From positions 784,514 through 848,513 of the forward strand of contig NIVC01000158.1 in the NCBI GenBank assembly GCA_002269645.1: 64,000 nt of DNA, in the 5' to 3' direction. Below the pieces are notes generated by a model. The model did not search any database. It was given only the letters and a program-made list of their open reading frames with translations, and had not been told where the DNA came from. This document shows, piece after piece, positions 27,501 to 39,769 of the stretch (within the stretch, counting starts at the first letter, position 1; each line of letters opens with the position of its first letter). The DNA comes from Macrostomum lignano (Eukaryota). The position numbers and the translations under genes were made by a program.

Positions 27501-28838
27501 TCTAGATTGTGTAGTACACAGTTCCGCTAAATCCTGGATCTGGATTGTGTAGTAAACAGTTCCGCTACATCCTGGATCTAGATTGTGTAGTACACAGTTC
27601 CGCTACATCCTGGATCTGGATTGTGTAGTACACAGTTCCGCTACATCCTGGATCTAGATTGTGTAGTACACAGTTCCGCTACATCCTGGATCTGGATTGT
27701 GTAGTACACAGTTCCGCTAAATCCTGGATCTGGATTGTGTAGTACACAGTTCCGCTACATCCTGGATCTAGATTGTGTAGTACACAGTTCCGCTACATCC
27801 TGGATCTGGATTGTGTAGTACACAGTTCCGCTACATCCTGGATCTGGATTGTGTAGTACACAGTTCCGCTACATCCTGGATCTGGATTGTGTAGCACACC
27901 AGCGCCGCTACATCCTGGAGCGCAGCATGCAGCTGAAAGAAGTTTTTTACCCATGCCGCAGCTGGTGGCTCTAACCATCAGGCGGAATCTCATTTCCGTT
28001 TACCACGTCGTTTAAGATTTGAATGGATAGATTTGAATGGATATTATATGGGTTAATACCCGTATAATATTTTGCTACGTACTAACATTCTTTCCTAGGC
28101 AATTAGAGATCGCCATGAACCACCAGCGCTCTCTAGACGATGAGAATGGATAGTTTCGAGAGTTGCACGTGACGGAGTCATTGCCGCTGTAGACGCAGGT
28201 GCCATAGTCAGGATCTAGACGGAATATCTGGTAGCTGTTGACGTCTAACAGGGACTCCTTTTGGGCGCATGTCTGCATTGATATAAAGGCCAGATATTTC
28301 TGCGCGAAAGGATTAAAATAGTAAAATTGATATTTATGACAAGCGCATACCATGCTGTCATTGTTGTAGACCATCGACCACAAATTGGGCTTGTCCCAGT
28401 ACAATAGCAGGCTTTGAACCATAAACTTCTAAAATTCAGGTGCAAAATTTATCTAATAATATTCAATTCGATGCATTGTAACATTACTGATAGGATTTTT
28501 TCCATCAATAAGTTAATAGTTAAATTGTCACCCTTGGATATCGAAAGTTAAATTGCAGAATTCCTGCTGTTGGTAGAAAGCAGAATCTATCAAGAAATAT
28601 CCAGTCCTAAAATTGAGTTAAGAAATGTCTTTCAGAGCTTTTAGTATGTTGCAAGGCCGGGTATAAAATGGTTTGTCAGTCGAATTTTCGGCTTCTACTT
28701 TATTTGTTCATGACTAAAGGTTTATAAAATCTGCTTATTCACCTTTTCAGTTTTCAGGACTCCACTGATACGTTTTCCACTCGCAACCGCTGCAGCTGAT
28801 AATAAAGCCAAAAAAGAAAAGATTCGTTTACAATCCAT
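24552..28838 (-). CDS. TMEM145: TMEM145/GPR180-family 7TM protein, paralog A (477 aa)
   Basis: Nine exons: 28838-28743, 28606-28532, 28428-28351, 28272-28087, 26321-26237, 26160-26089, 26000-25851, 25382-24859, 24719-24552. All introns are GT-AG and the frame is continuous (1434 nt). Signal peptide, then DWIFLDRFCF, RERWWFMAISNC, EHFSADE, ANKNFPFHIRTTQI, which match TMEM145. Confidence 0.92.
25505..25811 (-). mobile_element. tRNA-derived CORE-like SINE (copy 3, near full length) in TMEM145-A intron 7
   Basis: Reverse complement shows the A/B boxes, the CORE-like segment and the same 3' end as copy 1. Confidence 0.9.
26548..27918. repeat. 32/38-bp minisatellite in TMEM145-A intron 4
   Basis: Unit TCCGCTACATCCTGGATTGTGTAGCACGCAGT; a variant with an extra GGATCT dominates the right half. 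Confidence 0.97.
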
Positions 28839-30855
28839 TTTGGCTATGCATGTATTGGTTGACTATAGCATACATGTAGGCTGTCTAACGAGTACGAGTT
28901 AGTAAGTTCGTTTAAATACGTGAATTTTTTGTTAAAACAAATTTCCAATTTCAGTTTTTCTATATAATATTTGTTACATTTGCTACTAAAATTTAATATT
29001 TCTAATAAAAAACGATTATTGTCTCGTTTCGCAAAAGATATTTTAAAAAGAAACAATTTTAGCTCGCAAATTTTGTTATACTTCCTTAAGAAAACAAATT
29101 TAATCCGTAAAGAAAATCTTAAAAGAAATCGTATGGCGTGGCTCTGGAAAAAATATAAATGAAAATATGTTGAAATCGTGGCCTAACTCAGTGCCTTATA
29201 CGGCGAGTTAACTTCACTCGAGTTAACAGCAGGAACGAGAATACTGATACAGTCAAATGGAGTTGCTGGTCGATGCCAAAAGTACTTCGTAGAGTTTTAT
29301 TTTGGAAAGTTCTATTACTTCATAATTTGTCACCTCCCCGTTGGGGGCTAAGATTACTAGTTCAATCCAACTATACTAAATATCCATAAAAACCTATTCT
29401 GTTTGTAGAATCGCAGTAATACTGAATTTTTGCCACATATAACTGCAGCCACACCCCGTGCATGTATTTCTGCCCAAGCTCCGACCTGCGGCTCTATCGC
29501 TGTCCCAACAAGGTGAAATGTACGAGCTAACTCAATTTAAGGGGGGGCTGTACACTAACTGCGGGCCCAACACTGCTTAACTTGCATAGTCAAAAAAGAA
29601 ACACTACATAGTTTTCGGGTATTTTTTTCCTTCGTTTATTAAGGATGAGTCAGCAGTAAAGTACATGTAATATAATAGTAAGTATGTATTTAAATAAAAC
29701 CGTTCGCATTCGCAACTACGAACTTGCGTAAAACTTCTATATTTAGATTGGGACAGCCACAAATTGTGTAAAATGAATGTTGAAGTTTTTTGTTAAAAAT
29801 AATATAAAATTCGATAGATGAGATCACAAATACTTTAACAACAAGATTGCCTAAAGCTGCCTGCCATGTACATTCTCAGCGGCGCTGGCCAATGTACATT
29901 AACGGCTGCGCCAATAGCAAGCTGTTTACGGGATGCAGGCCACTCCAACTGCCTTTATTTTTATAATATAGCTGACACATACTTCCTTACTACTGAACTG
30001 AAAGTAGTCGAAGTGGCTCCCTGTTTACTACATAGTGTATACGAGCCTGCATCTGTAAAATGAGACAAAAAAGAGCTAAAATATCAAATTTCAGCTGAAC
30101 ATAAAAAACTGTGTGGAGTCGGAAGTGACACATCGTGGGAGACTGATCGTGAGTACCGGAAGTCAGGAAAAGGGAAGAGATTCAGAAGCATAGCATAAAA
30201 TTAATAATTTCTCAGTTTTAAAAGCTATTCGTATTCTTGGAAGCAAAATCGTACAGAATATTATTTTTAAAATTACCATGAAAAGCAATTTATAAACAGA
30301 TAAATGACAGATAAAACAGCTGATACATCAAAAACTGCTAAATGTCATTGGAAGGTCCGCATCAATTCTTGACGGAAGAGTCTCTCACACAATAACGTTG
30401 GTACTTTTGTACCGAAATTGAAGCCATCTTTGCTTCATTATCAATTAACGAAAAGCTGGAGTAAAATAGCAGATATAAAAAAGGTTTTTGACAAAAATTA
30501 TTTTGGGGTAAACAAAAGTCGAATTTAAAACTCAACTTGAGTAGGCCAAATAATTAGTCCGCAACACTGTCAGCGTAAGGTTTGAATAAATTTAACAATT
30601 GCTCTGGAGATATTTTAGCTCAGATTTGAGTGCAACCAGCCATATGACAGCGACTCTGCAGTGAGCCATCAGCTGACTACAGCAGCAGGAATTGGAATTG
30701 GCTACATACCATGTAAGTCGATGTTCCATTATCACTTGTTTTCACAGACTTTTAGCACTGACGTAATCAACTAGGTTAAATTTTTATAGCAAGTTGGATG
30801 TCCAATTCTAGGCATGGCTTGTCTCTCAGTCAGAAATTTGCGTATTGTCTGTTGC

Positions 30856-31136
30856 CCAACCTATCCAACCTATGTCTATGCCCCATCTATGGCCCAACCT
30901 GTCCATATTATGTCTATGGCCTAACCTGTCCAATTATGTCTATGATCCAACCTGTCCATATTATGTCTATGGCCTAACCTGTCCATATTATGTCTATGAT
31001 CCAACCTGTCCATATTATGTCTATGGCCTAACCTGTCCATATTATGTCTATGATCCAACCTGTATATTATGTCTATGGCCCAACCTGTCCATATTATGTC
31101 TATGATCCAACCTGTATATTATGTCTATGGCCCAAC
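30856..31136. repeat. 27-bp minisatellite with alternating variants (54-bp dimer)
   Basis: AACCTGTCCATATTATGTCTATGGCCT alternates with ...TATGATCC. Confidence 0.93.
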
Positions 31137-31585
31137 GTGCCTTTGTTTTTAGTCTTTAAGCTTTAAATGTCCGTTTTCTAACTAGGCAGACTTAATTAAA
31201 TTTGAAGTGCAGCTCTACAGTTTTAGTCTATGGCTAAAGTTCATTCATACAGATTGGAGTTTGTACTCAATCACGGAGCCAATATACTTGACAATTTCTT
31301 CACACAAAATCGTACTAAGGGGTTGTCAATCTAAGTTTTGGAATATAGCCAGCCTTTTGCGAGCTATCTAAGAAAAGCTGTTAGTTTAAGTCTCTGAATA
31401 GGCTCGCTCATTTTTTATGGTTTCCCGGTGTTTCCCTGTCTGCTCTCTTCTCTCTGCTGGTCACTATGTCTGGCTCTTTACCCAGCTTTTCTTCACTACG
31501 AGATCTGCGACCGAGTGCTGCTGAGAGCAGTTGTTCAATTTTTTCCAACGCCTAGATCACCTGCTTTTACAGGCAGGATTCAGCC

Positions 31586-34500
31586 TCAGATTGGTGGCAG
31601 CGTACCGCCGCGACCAGCGCCGCCGCCACCCAGCGGCCCCCCGCGCATCCAGTCAGGTGGCTGCGCAGCGTCGGCCTCTCTGTCGGACGCAGAAGCGTCG
31701 TCATCAGTCAGTGGCGGCTGCTGCAGCGACGAAGTCTCACTCTGAACGTTGTCATGCTGATCTTCGTTAGAAGCCGCCGCCGCAACCGGACGGTCCTCGG
31801 TGTCCGCCCCGTCCGCGATGTCGTACGAGTTGAAATTTAATCCGGCGTCGTTCTCAACCAGCCGGGCTGCCCTGGAGACGCTTCCAGCCGGCGAGGCGGA
31901 CTCAGAAACGGTATCGGCGGCGACTGGCGTCGGCAGCATGACGCCTGAGTCCCAGTCACTGTCGCCGCTTCCGCCGACGCCGTCAGCGCCACCAAAACCA
32001 AACCCTGTGCTTGCAGCAGCAGCAGAAACCGCTGGGACATAACTCTGACGCTGGTCTGGCACCGTGAAGATGGAGAAGTCCGTGAACTGGCGTCCGTCTG
32101 CGAGGTCGCCGGATTCCTTGTTGGCCTCTGACTCCTCTTTGTCCGCCATCTGTGTGGCCACTTCGAAACTGATGACGTCGATCTGTAAAGAATATTGGTG
32201 CATAATTGAGTTATTGGAGCATTTTGATTTTTCAAATCGAAGGCTTTGGGTTTTTATTTCAATTTGGTTCATAACACGTTAAACATCTAGCTAGGGCAGC
32301 GCATCTACCGTGTTGAGGGCAGAGCATCCTACGGTGTTGAGGGCAGAGCATCCTACGGTGTTGAGGGCAGAGCATCCTACGGTGTTGAGGGCAGAGCATC
32401 CTACGGTGTTGAGGGCAGCGCATCTACCGTGTTGAGGGCAGAGCATCCTACGGTGTTGAGGGCAGAGCATCCTACGGTGTTGAGGGCAGCGCATCTACCG
32501 TGTTGAGGGCAGAGCATCCTACGGTGTTGAGGGCAGAGCATCCTACGGTGTTGAGGGCGGAGCATCCTATGGTGTTGAGGGCAGAGCATCCTATGGTGTT
32601 GAGGGCAGAGCATCCTACGGTGTTGAGGGCAGAGCATCCTATGGTGTTGAGGGCAGAGCATCCTACGGTGTTGAGGGCAGAGCATCCTATGGTGTTGAGG
32701 GCAGAGCATCCTACGGTTTTGAGGGCAGAGCAACCTACGGGTGTTGAGGGCAGAGCATCCTACGGTGTTGAGGGCAGAGCATCCTACGGTGTTGAGGGCA
32801 GAGCATCCTACGGTGTTGAGGGCAGAGCATCTTACGGTGTTGAGGGCAGAGCATCCTACGGTGTTGAGGGCAGAGCATCCTACGGTGTTTAGGGCAGAGC
32901 ATCCTATGGTGTTGAGGGCAGAGCATCCTACGGTGTTGAGGGCAGAGCATCCTACGGTGTTGAGGGCAGAGCATCCTACGGTGTTGAGGGCAGAGCATCC
33001 TACGGTGTTGAGGGCAGAGCATCCTACGGTGTTGAGGGCAGAGCATCCTACGGTGTTGAGGGCAGAGCATCCTACACGGTGTTGAGGGCAGAGCATCCTA
33101 CGGTGTTGAGGGCAGAGCATCCTACGGTGTTGAGGACAGGGTAACTGGCACCCTTTTAAACTTGACAGGGAGACACTAGGTTACAGATTCACGACAGATG
33201 TTCGCATTCTCAAAATTTGCACTATAATTACCGCCAGAATCAGCAGCCTAATGGAAATCGTTATGTCAGAAAGTAGAAAGAGCCCGACCAAGCTGAAGCG
33301 GCTATAAAGTGTGCTCTGGACGACTAGCCAAACTACGAGTATAGCCCTTAATTGTCGCGCTTTGCATTTAAAATTCCGATTTACCCCGAGCCTGACTACG
33401 TGGAAATGTATAGTTTAGAAGAGAGCAAGCTGAGCAATAGCTACTTGGAAAACCAGTGAGCAGACAAACACACATTCATTGCACTGTCTGACGCAGACTG
33501 GGACAATGGGCCTTAAGCCTTAAGTGAGCTCAGCTCAAAGACCCAGACTTAGACTCGGACTCTCTGGTATGGGGTAGAGAAAAAAAATTTGTTCAAACAA
33601 AGCAGAGTGCAGAATCCAAAATTTCGAGAGAACAGAAATAGAGAATTGAAAAGGCAGGAGAGTCTAAAGCAGGCCTCAGACGGTTTAAGCACAGCTACTA
33701 AGTGAATTTCTAAACACCATGTAGTTCCTTTCAGAAATTTGCTTTTAACGCAATTTACACTGTAAATGAGGCACTCACCTGGGTTGTCCTGATGTGGAAT
33801 GGAAAATTCTTGTTGGCCAAACTCGGCCACGTCAGAATCAGGTAGAACAGGTGAGCCAAGAACAGGCTGATGACCTCGATGAAGTTTACAACCTTGGCCC
33901 GCATGTAGTCAGGCACCTGGTTGATGTTCACGGCCACTGTGATTGGAATGGCGATGAACCACAAGCTGTAGAAGACGAGCATCGGAGTGTAGAAGACGAC
34001 CTTCTTCTTGTGCTTGGACATTGTGAAGATGCTGCAGCCCACGTAGAACAGCCAGCATGCCAGAATGACGGCCATGAGTCCGTAGCCGGGCGAGCTCTCG
34101 TATCGGTACAGCACCAGAGCTGCGTCAAAGGTCACGGCCTCGACGATGTACAGAGCGATGTAGGCGATGGAAAAGGAGGTCATAAATACGGACAGGCAGA
34201 TGGCGCCCCAGTGAGGCAGACGACCGCAGACAACAGTGTAGCCAAGGCTGAGCAGCAGCAGCATGAGCACCATCAGGATCTGAGAGATCGCGTACATCCC
34301 GGTGCCTTCGGGGCGATTGAGTGTAGGAGTGGGCTTTTAGAGTAGAAAACTTCTAAGTAGAGCGGAGAACAGACCACTTCAGGTGTACTAGGGAAGAGTG
34401 AGCCGAGAGCAGAACACTTCAGGTGTACTAGGGAAGAGTGAGCCGAGAGCAGAACACTTCAGGTGTACTAGGGAAGAGTGAGCCGAGAGCAGAACACTTC

Positions 34501-36617
34501 AGGTGTACTAGGGAAGAGTGAGCCGAGAGCAGAACACTTCAGGTGTACTAGGGAAGAGTGAGCCGAGAGCAGAACACTTCAGGTGTACTAGGGAAGAGTG
34601 AGCCGAGAGCAGAACACTTCAGGTGTACTAGGGAAGAGTGAGCCGAGAGCAGAACACTTCAGGTGTACTAGGGAAGAGTGAGCCGAGAGCAGACCACTTC
34701 AGGTGTATTAGGGAAGAGTGAGCGGAGAGCAGACCACTTCAGGTGTATTAGGGAAGAGTGAGCGGAGAGCAGACCACTTCAGGTGTATTAGGGAAGAGTG
34801 AGCGGAGAGCAGACCACTTCAGGTGTATTAGGGAAGAGTGAGCGGAGAGCAGACCACTTCAGGTGTATTAGGGAAGAGTGAGCGGAGAGCAGACCACTTC
34901 AGGTGTATTAGGGAAGAGTGAGCGGAGAGCAGACCACTTCAGGTGTATTAGGGAAGAGTGAGCCGAGAGCAGACCACTTCTCTTTCAATTTACTCACCAA
35001 GGTTTTTGAGCCCGGAATTTTCGTAGCCGAATGACGCATAGCTCAGGTAGGCACTGCAGGTCACGATGATTGAGGCAAAGAAGAATACCACAGATGACAG
35101 GAAGATCTTGTAGGTCGAATGAAACATCTGAATGTCGGCTAGTTTGACTGAAAGGAAATGTTTAAGGTGACATATTGATTGACTCTACAAGAACGATATG
35201 AATTCTATTTTACTTTACTCACCGCTCACGACTATGACAAGAATCATCATGACCAGTTCAACGAAGAACGCAGCGATGTTAAACTCCAGAATGTCTGCGG
35301 AAGAAGGGGATTGAAAATAAAAAAAGCATCACAAATCGTAAAAATTACACTAAAGGTCGGTTTTTTGACTGCAAAGTGCACTATCAGCTATCACGGTAGG
35401 AAGTTATCGGATTTTCTACTAATAAATTGGCAATAGTTGCATCACTGAGACCAGATCACCATTAAATAATTAAAAACATTAACAACAGTTTTTTGGCTTA
35501 CACAGCTCATCAGCGGAGAAGTGCTCACGGAAGAACTCGCCCGGTTCTCCATTCCGCATGACAACATCGTAGCGCAGATAGAGGCCCTGGTTAAAGTTGA
35601 AGTTTTTAATGCTATTTTCAATGTTAATTTGATTTCTATGTGACTCAGCGGGCTATGGGATTTTTTTCTCACAATCTTTGATGCGCAGTTTGAGATGGCG
35701 AGGTACCACCAGCGCTCTCGGGCCGATATAAACCGGATACGCTCAGTCTTGCACACAATTGTGCCATTCTCCATGTTGCACATTGACAGGCTCGTGTTTA
35801 AGCGGAATATCTGATTGCTTTTAACGTCTAGCAGGCCCTCTTTTTGCTCGCAGGTCTGCCATTGTTTTACGAAATTATTTGTTAGAATTCATAAAGAAAT
35901 TGCAATGTAATTGGATGTGATGCTGTACATTTGCTTGCATTTTTCTTACCATGCTTTTGTTAGTATAAGCAGATTTCCATAGGTTTGGCTTGTCCCAGTA
36001 GAGAAGAAGGCTTTGTGTCTTGAATCCCTGCAGTTAATATGAATTATTTAGAGTAAAACAGTTGCAAGACACTGTTTATTCAAACAGCAATACAATCTCT
36101 CTCTTACCCTGGGGTATTTAAATTCAAATTGTAATGTTCCATCTTTGTTAAGGAAGCAGAATCTAGTCAAAAATTTCCAATTCTAAAATTAATGTAGGTG
36201 ATATTTAGGAATGATCATGCTTTTGTGCAGCAAATATTTCAAAATTTACTTTTCTTTGCACAAATTTTTAAAGAAACAATTTTTTTGGCAGTTTTTCTTG
36301 AAATTTGACAATTTTCCGAGATATGAATGCATAAATATGTAATGCTTTTTAAAGAAGTTATTTGCCACGAATAGAAAGTCCTGTATTTCTTTAAAGTAGA
36401 CCTGGATGTAACTATTTATTGGATAGTTTACTTCAATATATAATAAATCATAAAATTTTACATTGTCTACCGCAGAAAAAAACATAGCTTCTTTTTTCTT
36501 ATAAAAACTTACAACGTCTCCAGAAAGCGTTCCAGACACTCTCTTTCCCTGAACCAAGCCAGTGGAAAAAATAAATCCAGCGCTAAAAAGAACAATATAT
36601 ACAAGGCATGGACGCAT
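31586..36617 (-). CDS. TMEM145: TMEM145/GPR180-family 7TM protein, paralog B (623 aa)
   Basis: Nine exons: 36617-36513, 36182-36108, 36027-35950, 35855-35673, 35586-35502, 35294-35223, 35147-34998, 34305-33779, 32182-31586. Same intron positions and phases as paralog A, 1872 nt open frame. Motifs NWKFLTRFCF, RERWWYLAISNC, NKNFPFHIRTTQI. Confidence 0.92.
32293..33135. repeat. 24-bp minisatellite in TMEM145-B intron 8
   Basis: Unit CCTACGGTGTTGAGGGCAGAGCAT, about 35 copies. Confidence 0.97.
34371..34980. repeat. 40-bp minisatellite in TMEM145-B intron 7
   Basis: Unit GAACACTTCAGGTGTACTAGGGAAGAGTGAGCCGAGAGCA; two homogeneous variant blocks, about 15 copies. Confidence 0.97.
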
Positions 36618-38272
36618 TTTTATATTTAAGCTTTAAGTCACTTCCACTTAAGGTTGATAAAATTTATACTTCCATAAAAATCGCTTTTGGCTCAATATAA
36701 TTTTTTATTTCTTTGTAGCTGATTAAAGCACACCAGGCTCAGGTAATTATTTCGTGTATAATAGAGTAATACTTGTCTCAGATTGTACTTGTCTGAAATA
36801 AATACTAACTAAAAAAGTAATCCGAAAATCGTAGCTAGATGTCAACCTCTAATGTAAACAATCAAGAGAGTTAAGTGTAATTATTCTTTTTAGGACATAA
36901 CACAGATAAAAAATATGAATATGCTGGGAAAAAACCAATCGAGATTGATCATTATCTGACGAGCAATATATTTGTTTTAATTACTCCCTCAAGAAAAAAT
37001 TCGAAGTCCCCGAGAGCAATTTGTTTCCAAAATTGTCCCAGATTTTATACACTTCCCTTCAATTCAATTTCCGTAGGGGCCTTAATTGAGATTTTAAAAG
37101 CAGAAAATTGTAACGTTCCTGAATCCTGAATAGCATATTCCTAAATAACAGGAAATTGAAAGTAGAATGGAAACATGTGGGATGTTATAGTTTGCTGCTA
37201 ATTTGAAATGGCTGGATTATTCCTTTTGCGGCCTAGTTGCTACTGCAAGCTTTCAATTTAATCATAGATGCAGAAATCAGGCTTGAGAGACTGAAAATTT
37301 TCTGTCTATGGACGGCACTCGTTGACATAAGGAAGTTCAATTTAATCCTGGGGGAATCAAAATTTGATTATTCTATGGTATTCGTGTACATTTTTACTAA
37401 TCATCTTAACTGGTTATAACATCTGGACACGTCGGACTCAAGGTCGCAGCTTAAGGGGCAAGAAGGCTAGACGTAAATTTCACACGCAACATGGAGTGCA
37501 GGTGAATGTCGTGCAAGCAATTACGAGCGTACACCTAAGCTCGGCCTTGTAGCTCGTACATCATATATAAATCCTCGGAGAGACTATGACGGCAGCCAGG
37601 TTCCAGCGTTCATCAATGATCTGGTGCAAAGCGTGACGAGTCGTGGTGATGTACATGTACAGGTGAACCAGGTGTGGCAGCCATCTGCAGTACAATTACA
37701 AGTCGCTGCAATTGTGCGCAAGCAAAGGCTGCGAGGGGTCGCAACTCCCAGTACACTGTGTACATCCATCCCAGGCTCCAGCTCAGAGCTGCTACTATAC
37801 CCTACCAGTGTACAGGTATGGGTTGAGCTCAGCTTAATCTGCTTTGAGAGAGGATGTGACACAATCATACCGCAATCATATTCAGCTGCGTACTAACCGC
37901 GTCCAGTTCTAATTACAATAACTTGCAGCGCCGGCTGTGAATGCGCCGTTGGCTTGCGACCCCCACCCCCAAATACTTGTAGTTATTATAGTATAGCTCT
38001 GACTTCAGATTCTGCGACGGACCAATAAAATCTCCGGACCAGGAAATTATTATAAAGAGACGATGGGCAGGCATACAGGTATAGCAGGAGGTGGCTTCAT
38101 CTCTCACAACCGAGACGGAACTTCTACAGGTTTCAACTGCACAGAAGTCTGTAAAGTAAGAAGGAAAGCTGCTGTTTATATCGGAGGCTACTAAACTGGC
38201 AAAGAAAACACAGGCTCAACCAAACAGAAATTGCTTGGCAGCAGAAGCAGAAATAAACAAACAGACGGCAGC

Positions 38273-39460
38273 ATGTTCGAGGGCGCCTTCCTTCGCCGCG
38301 ACTTTCCTTGGCACAGCAATGCCTGCGCGCCGCTCCGCCAACTGCTGGAGCTGAATAGCAGCGCCGAAGGCGGCCTGGCAGACCAGTCCTGCAACCAGAA
38401 TGACGTCCGCATGTCGGCGGTGTTCCTGCCGGTCAGCCTGCTCGGCCTGGCGCTCAGCTCGCTCAGCACGGCGCTGTTCCTGTGCCAGAAGCAGCGCACG
38501 GCATTCCGGGCCAGCCAGCTGAGCCTGTCGCTGGTGATGAGCCTCTACCTGCTGTTCTCGGCGGTGGATTTCATTAACGTACTGGCCGGCGCCTGCCTGT
38601 ACTGGAGCCAGCCAAGCCGGCACGTCCAGGTGATGATCGGGGCGCTCGCCTGTCTGCTTGTGGACGCGCTGCTCTGCTTGCGCAACTGGTGCACGGCGTT
38701 TATCGCAGCTCAACGCGCCGAAGCGGTGGCTTTCCCGTTGCGACCGAGAAAACTGCTGGACAGACGGAACTTCCGCATCAGCCTGCTGACGGCGGCGCTG
38801 GCGCTCTGTCTGCCGCTGTCGCTGGTCCGCTCTCTGGCCGAGGCGATGGTCGTCTGCTACGGAGGCGAGGCCGTGGCCCTAGCGAGCGTTGGCTACCCGC
38901 TGCCGGCTTCAGCGAAGCGGGATCCCAGCCACCAGCGCCACTACAACTACCTGCTGCAGTCCCGCTGGTTCGAACCATTCGAAGTTTACGTGTTCTTCTC
39001 TGTGCAGACTGTGCTGCCCGTGATTGGCGTTGTCTGCATGTCGCTGTCGATGGCCGTCGCCATGCTGCGCCGGCGGGGAGGTCAAGCGGGGACGCCGGCG
39101 CTGCAGCCGCAGGTGTGCAAGAGGAACAAGGCCCGTGCCAGTCGCACCGTGCTGAGCCTGGCGATGATCTTCACTCTGCTGCAGGCGCCCGTCTTTGTCG
39201 GCACCCTGCTCCGGCACGCCGGCGCTTTCGATGTCGAATCGACATTCGGCAAACATTTCCAGTTCATTGCTGAGCTGTGCTTGCTGTTGGACTCCATTTT
39301 CAATACGTTCGTCTACGCCTACTTTGTGCCGGATTTTCGACGCTTCTTTCGTCGGCTGCTGCGTCGAGACGGCGAGAGGCGAGGGCTGCCTATGCTGCCG
39401 CCGATGCCGACGCCTCCGTCGCCGACGCGAATGCGTCATCTGATAGGCGAGGGCGAGTGA
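38273..39460 (+). CDS. Intronless rhodopsin-class GPCR, peptide/FMRFamide-receptor-like, 395 aa
   Basis: First ATG at 38273 in the 38231 ORF. Seven hydrophobic segments; AVDF in TM2, QRAEAVAFP at the TM3 end, LPVIGV in TM5, LLQAP in TM6, DSIFNTFVY in TM7, helix 8 PDFRRFFRRLL. Confidence 0.9.
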   Translation: MFEGAFLRRDFPWHSNACAPLRQLLELNSSAEGGLADQSCNQNDVRMSAVFLPVSLLGLALSSLSTALFLCQKQRTAFRASQLSLSLVMSLYLLFSAVDFINVLAGACLYWSQPSRHVQVMIGALACLLVDALLCLRNWCTAFIAAQRAEAVAFPLRPRKLLDRRNFRISLLTAALALCLPLSLVRSLAEAMVVCYGGEAVALASVGYPLPASAKRDPSHQRHYNYLLQSRWFEPFEVYVFFSVQTVLPVIGVVCMSLSMAVAMLRRRGGQAGTPALQPQVCKRNKARASRTVLSLAMIFTLLQAPVFVGTLLRHAGAFDVESTFGKHFQFIAELCLLLDSIFNTFVYAYFVPDFRRFFRRLLRRDGERRGLPMLPPMPTPPSPTRMRHLIGEGE

Positions 39461-39504
39461 TATAAATGACTAGAGAAGTACCACGAGCAGGTACTGTATA
39501 AGGT

Positions 39505-39769
39505 TGGGTATTTATTGTGTAGCAGCTATTGCGCGGCGCATCTGAAGGTTGCGTACGGCTGTTCAGTCCAAGGACTGGGGGTCCCCACACAGCCTCAATT
39601 ACCCCAGCTAATGCTGGCACCCATTTTACAGCTGGGTGAACTGAATCAATGCAGAGTTAAGTGTCTTGCTCAAAAGACACAAATTGTTCCGAGTAGGTCG
39701 AGAATCGAACCCCCGACCTTTCTTTATCATGAGTCCGACACTCTAACCACCACTAGACTACAACCCCTG
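39505..39769 (-). mobile_element. tRNA-derived CORE-like SINE (copy 4) just 3' of the GPCR
   Basis: Near-identical to 25505-25811 apart from a shortened 3' end. Confidence 0.9.

Noticed and set aside
30119-30166. Two ETS-like CGGAAGT motifs as a TMEM145-A promoter
   Set aside because: Short motifs 1.3 kb from the ATG with no TSS evidence.
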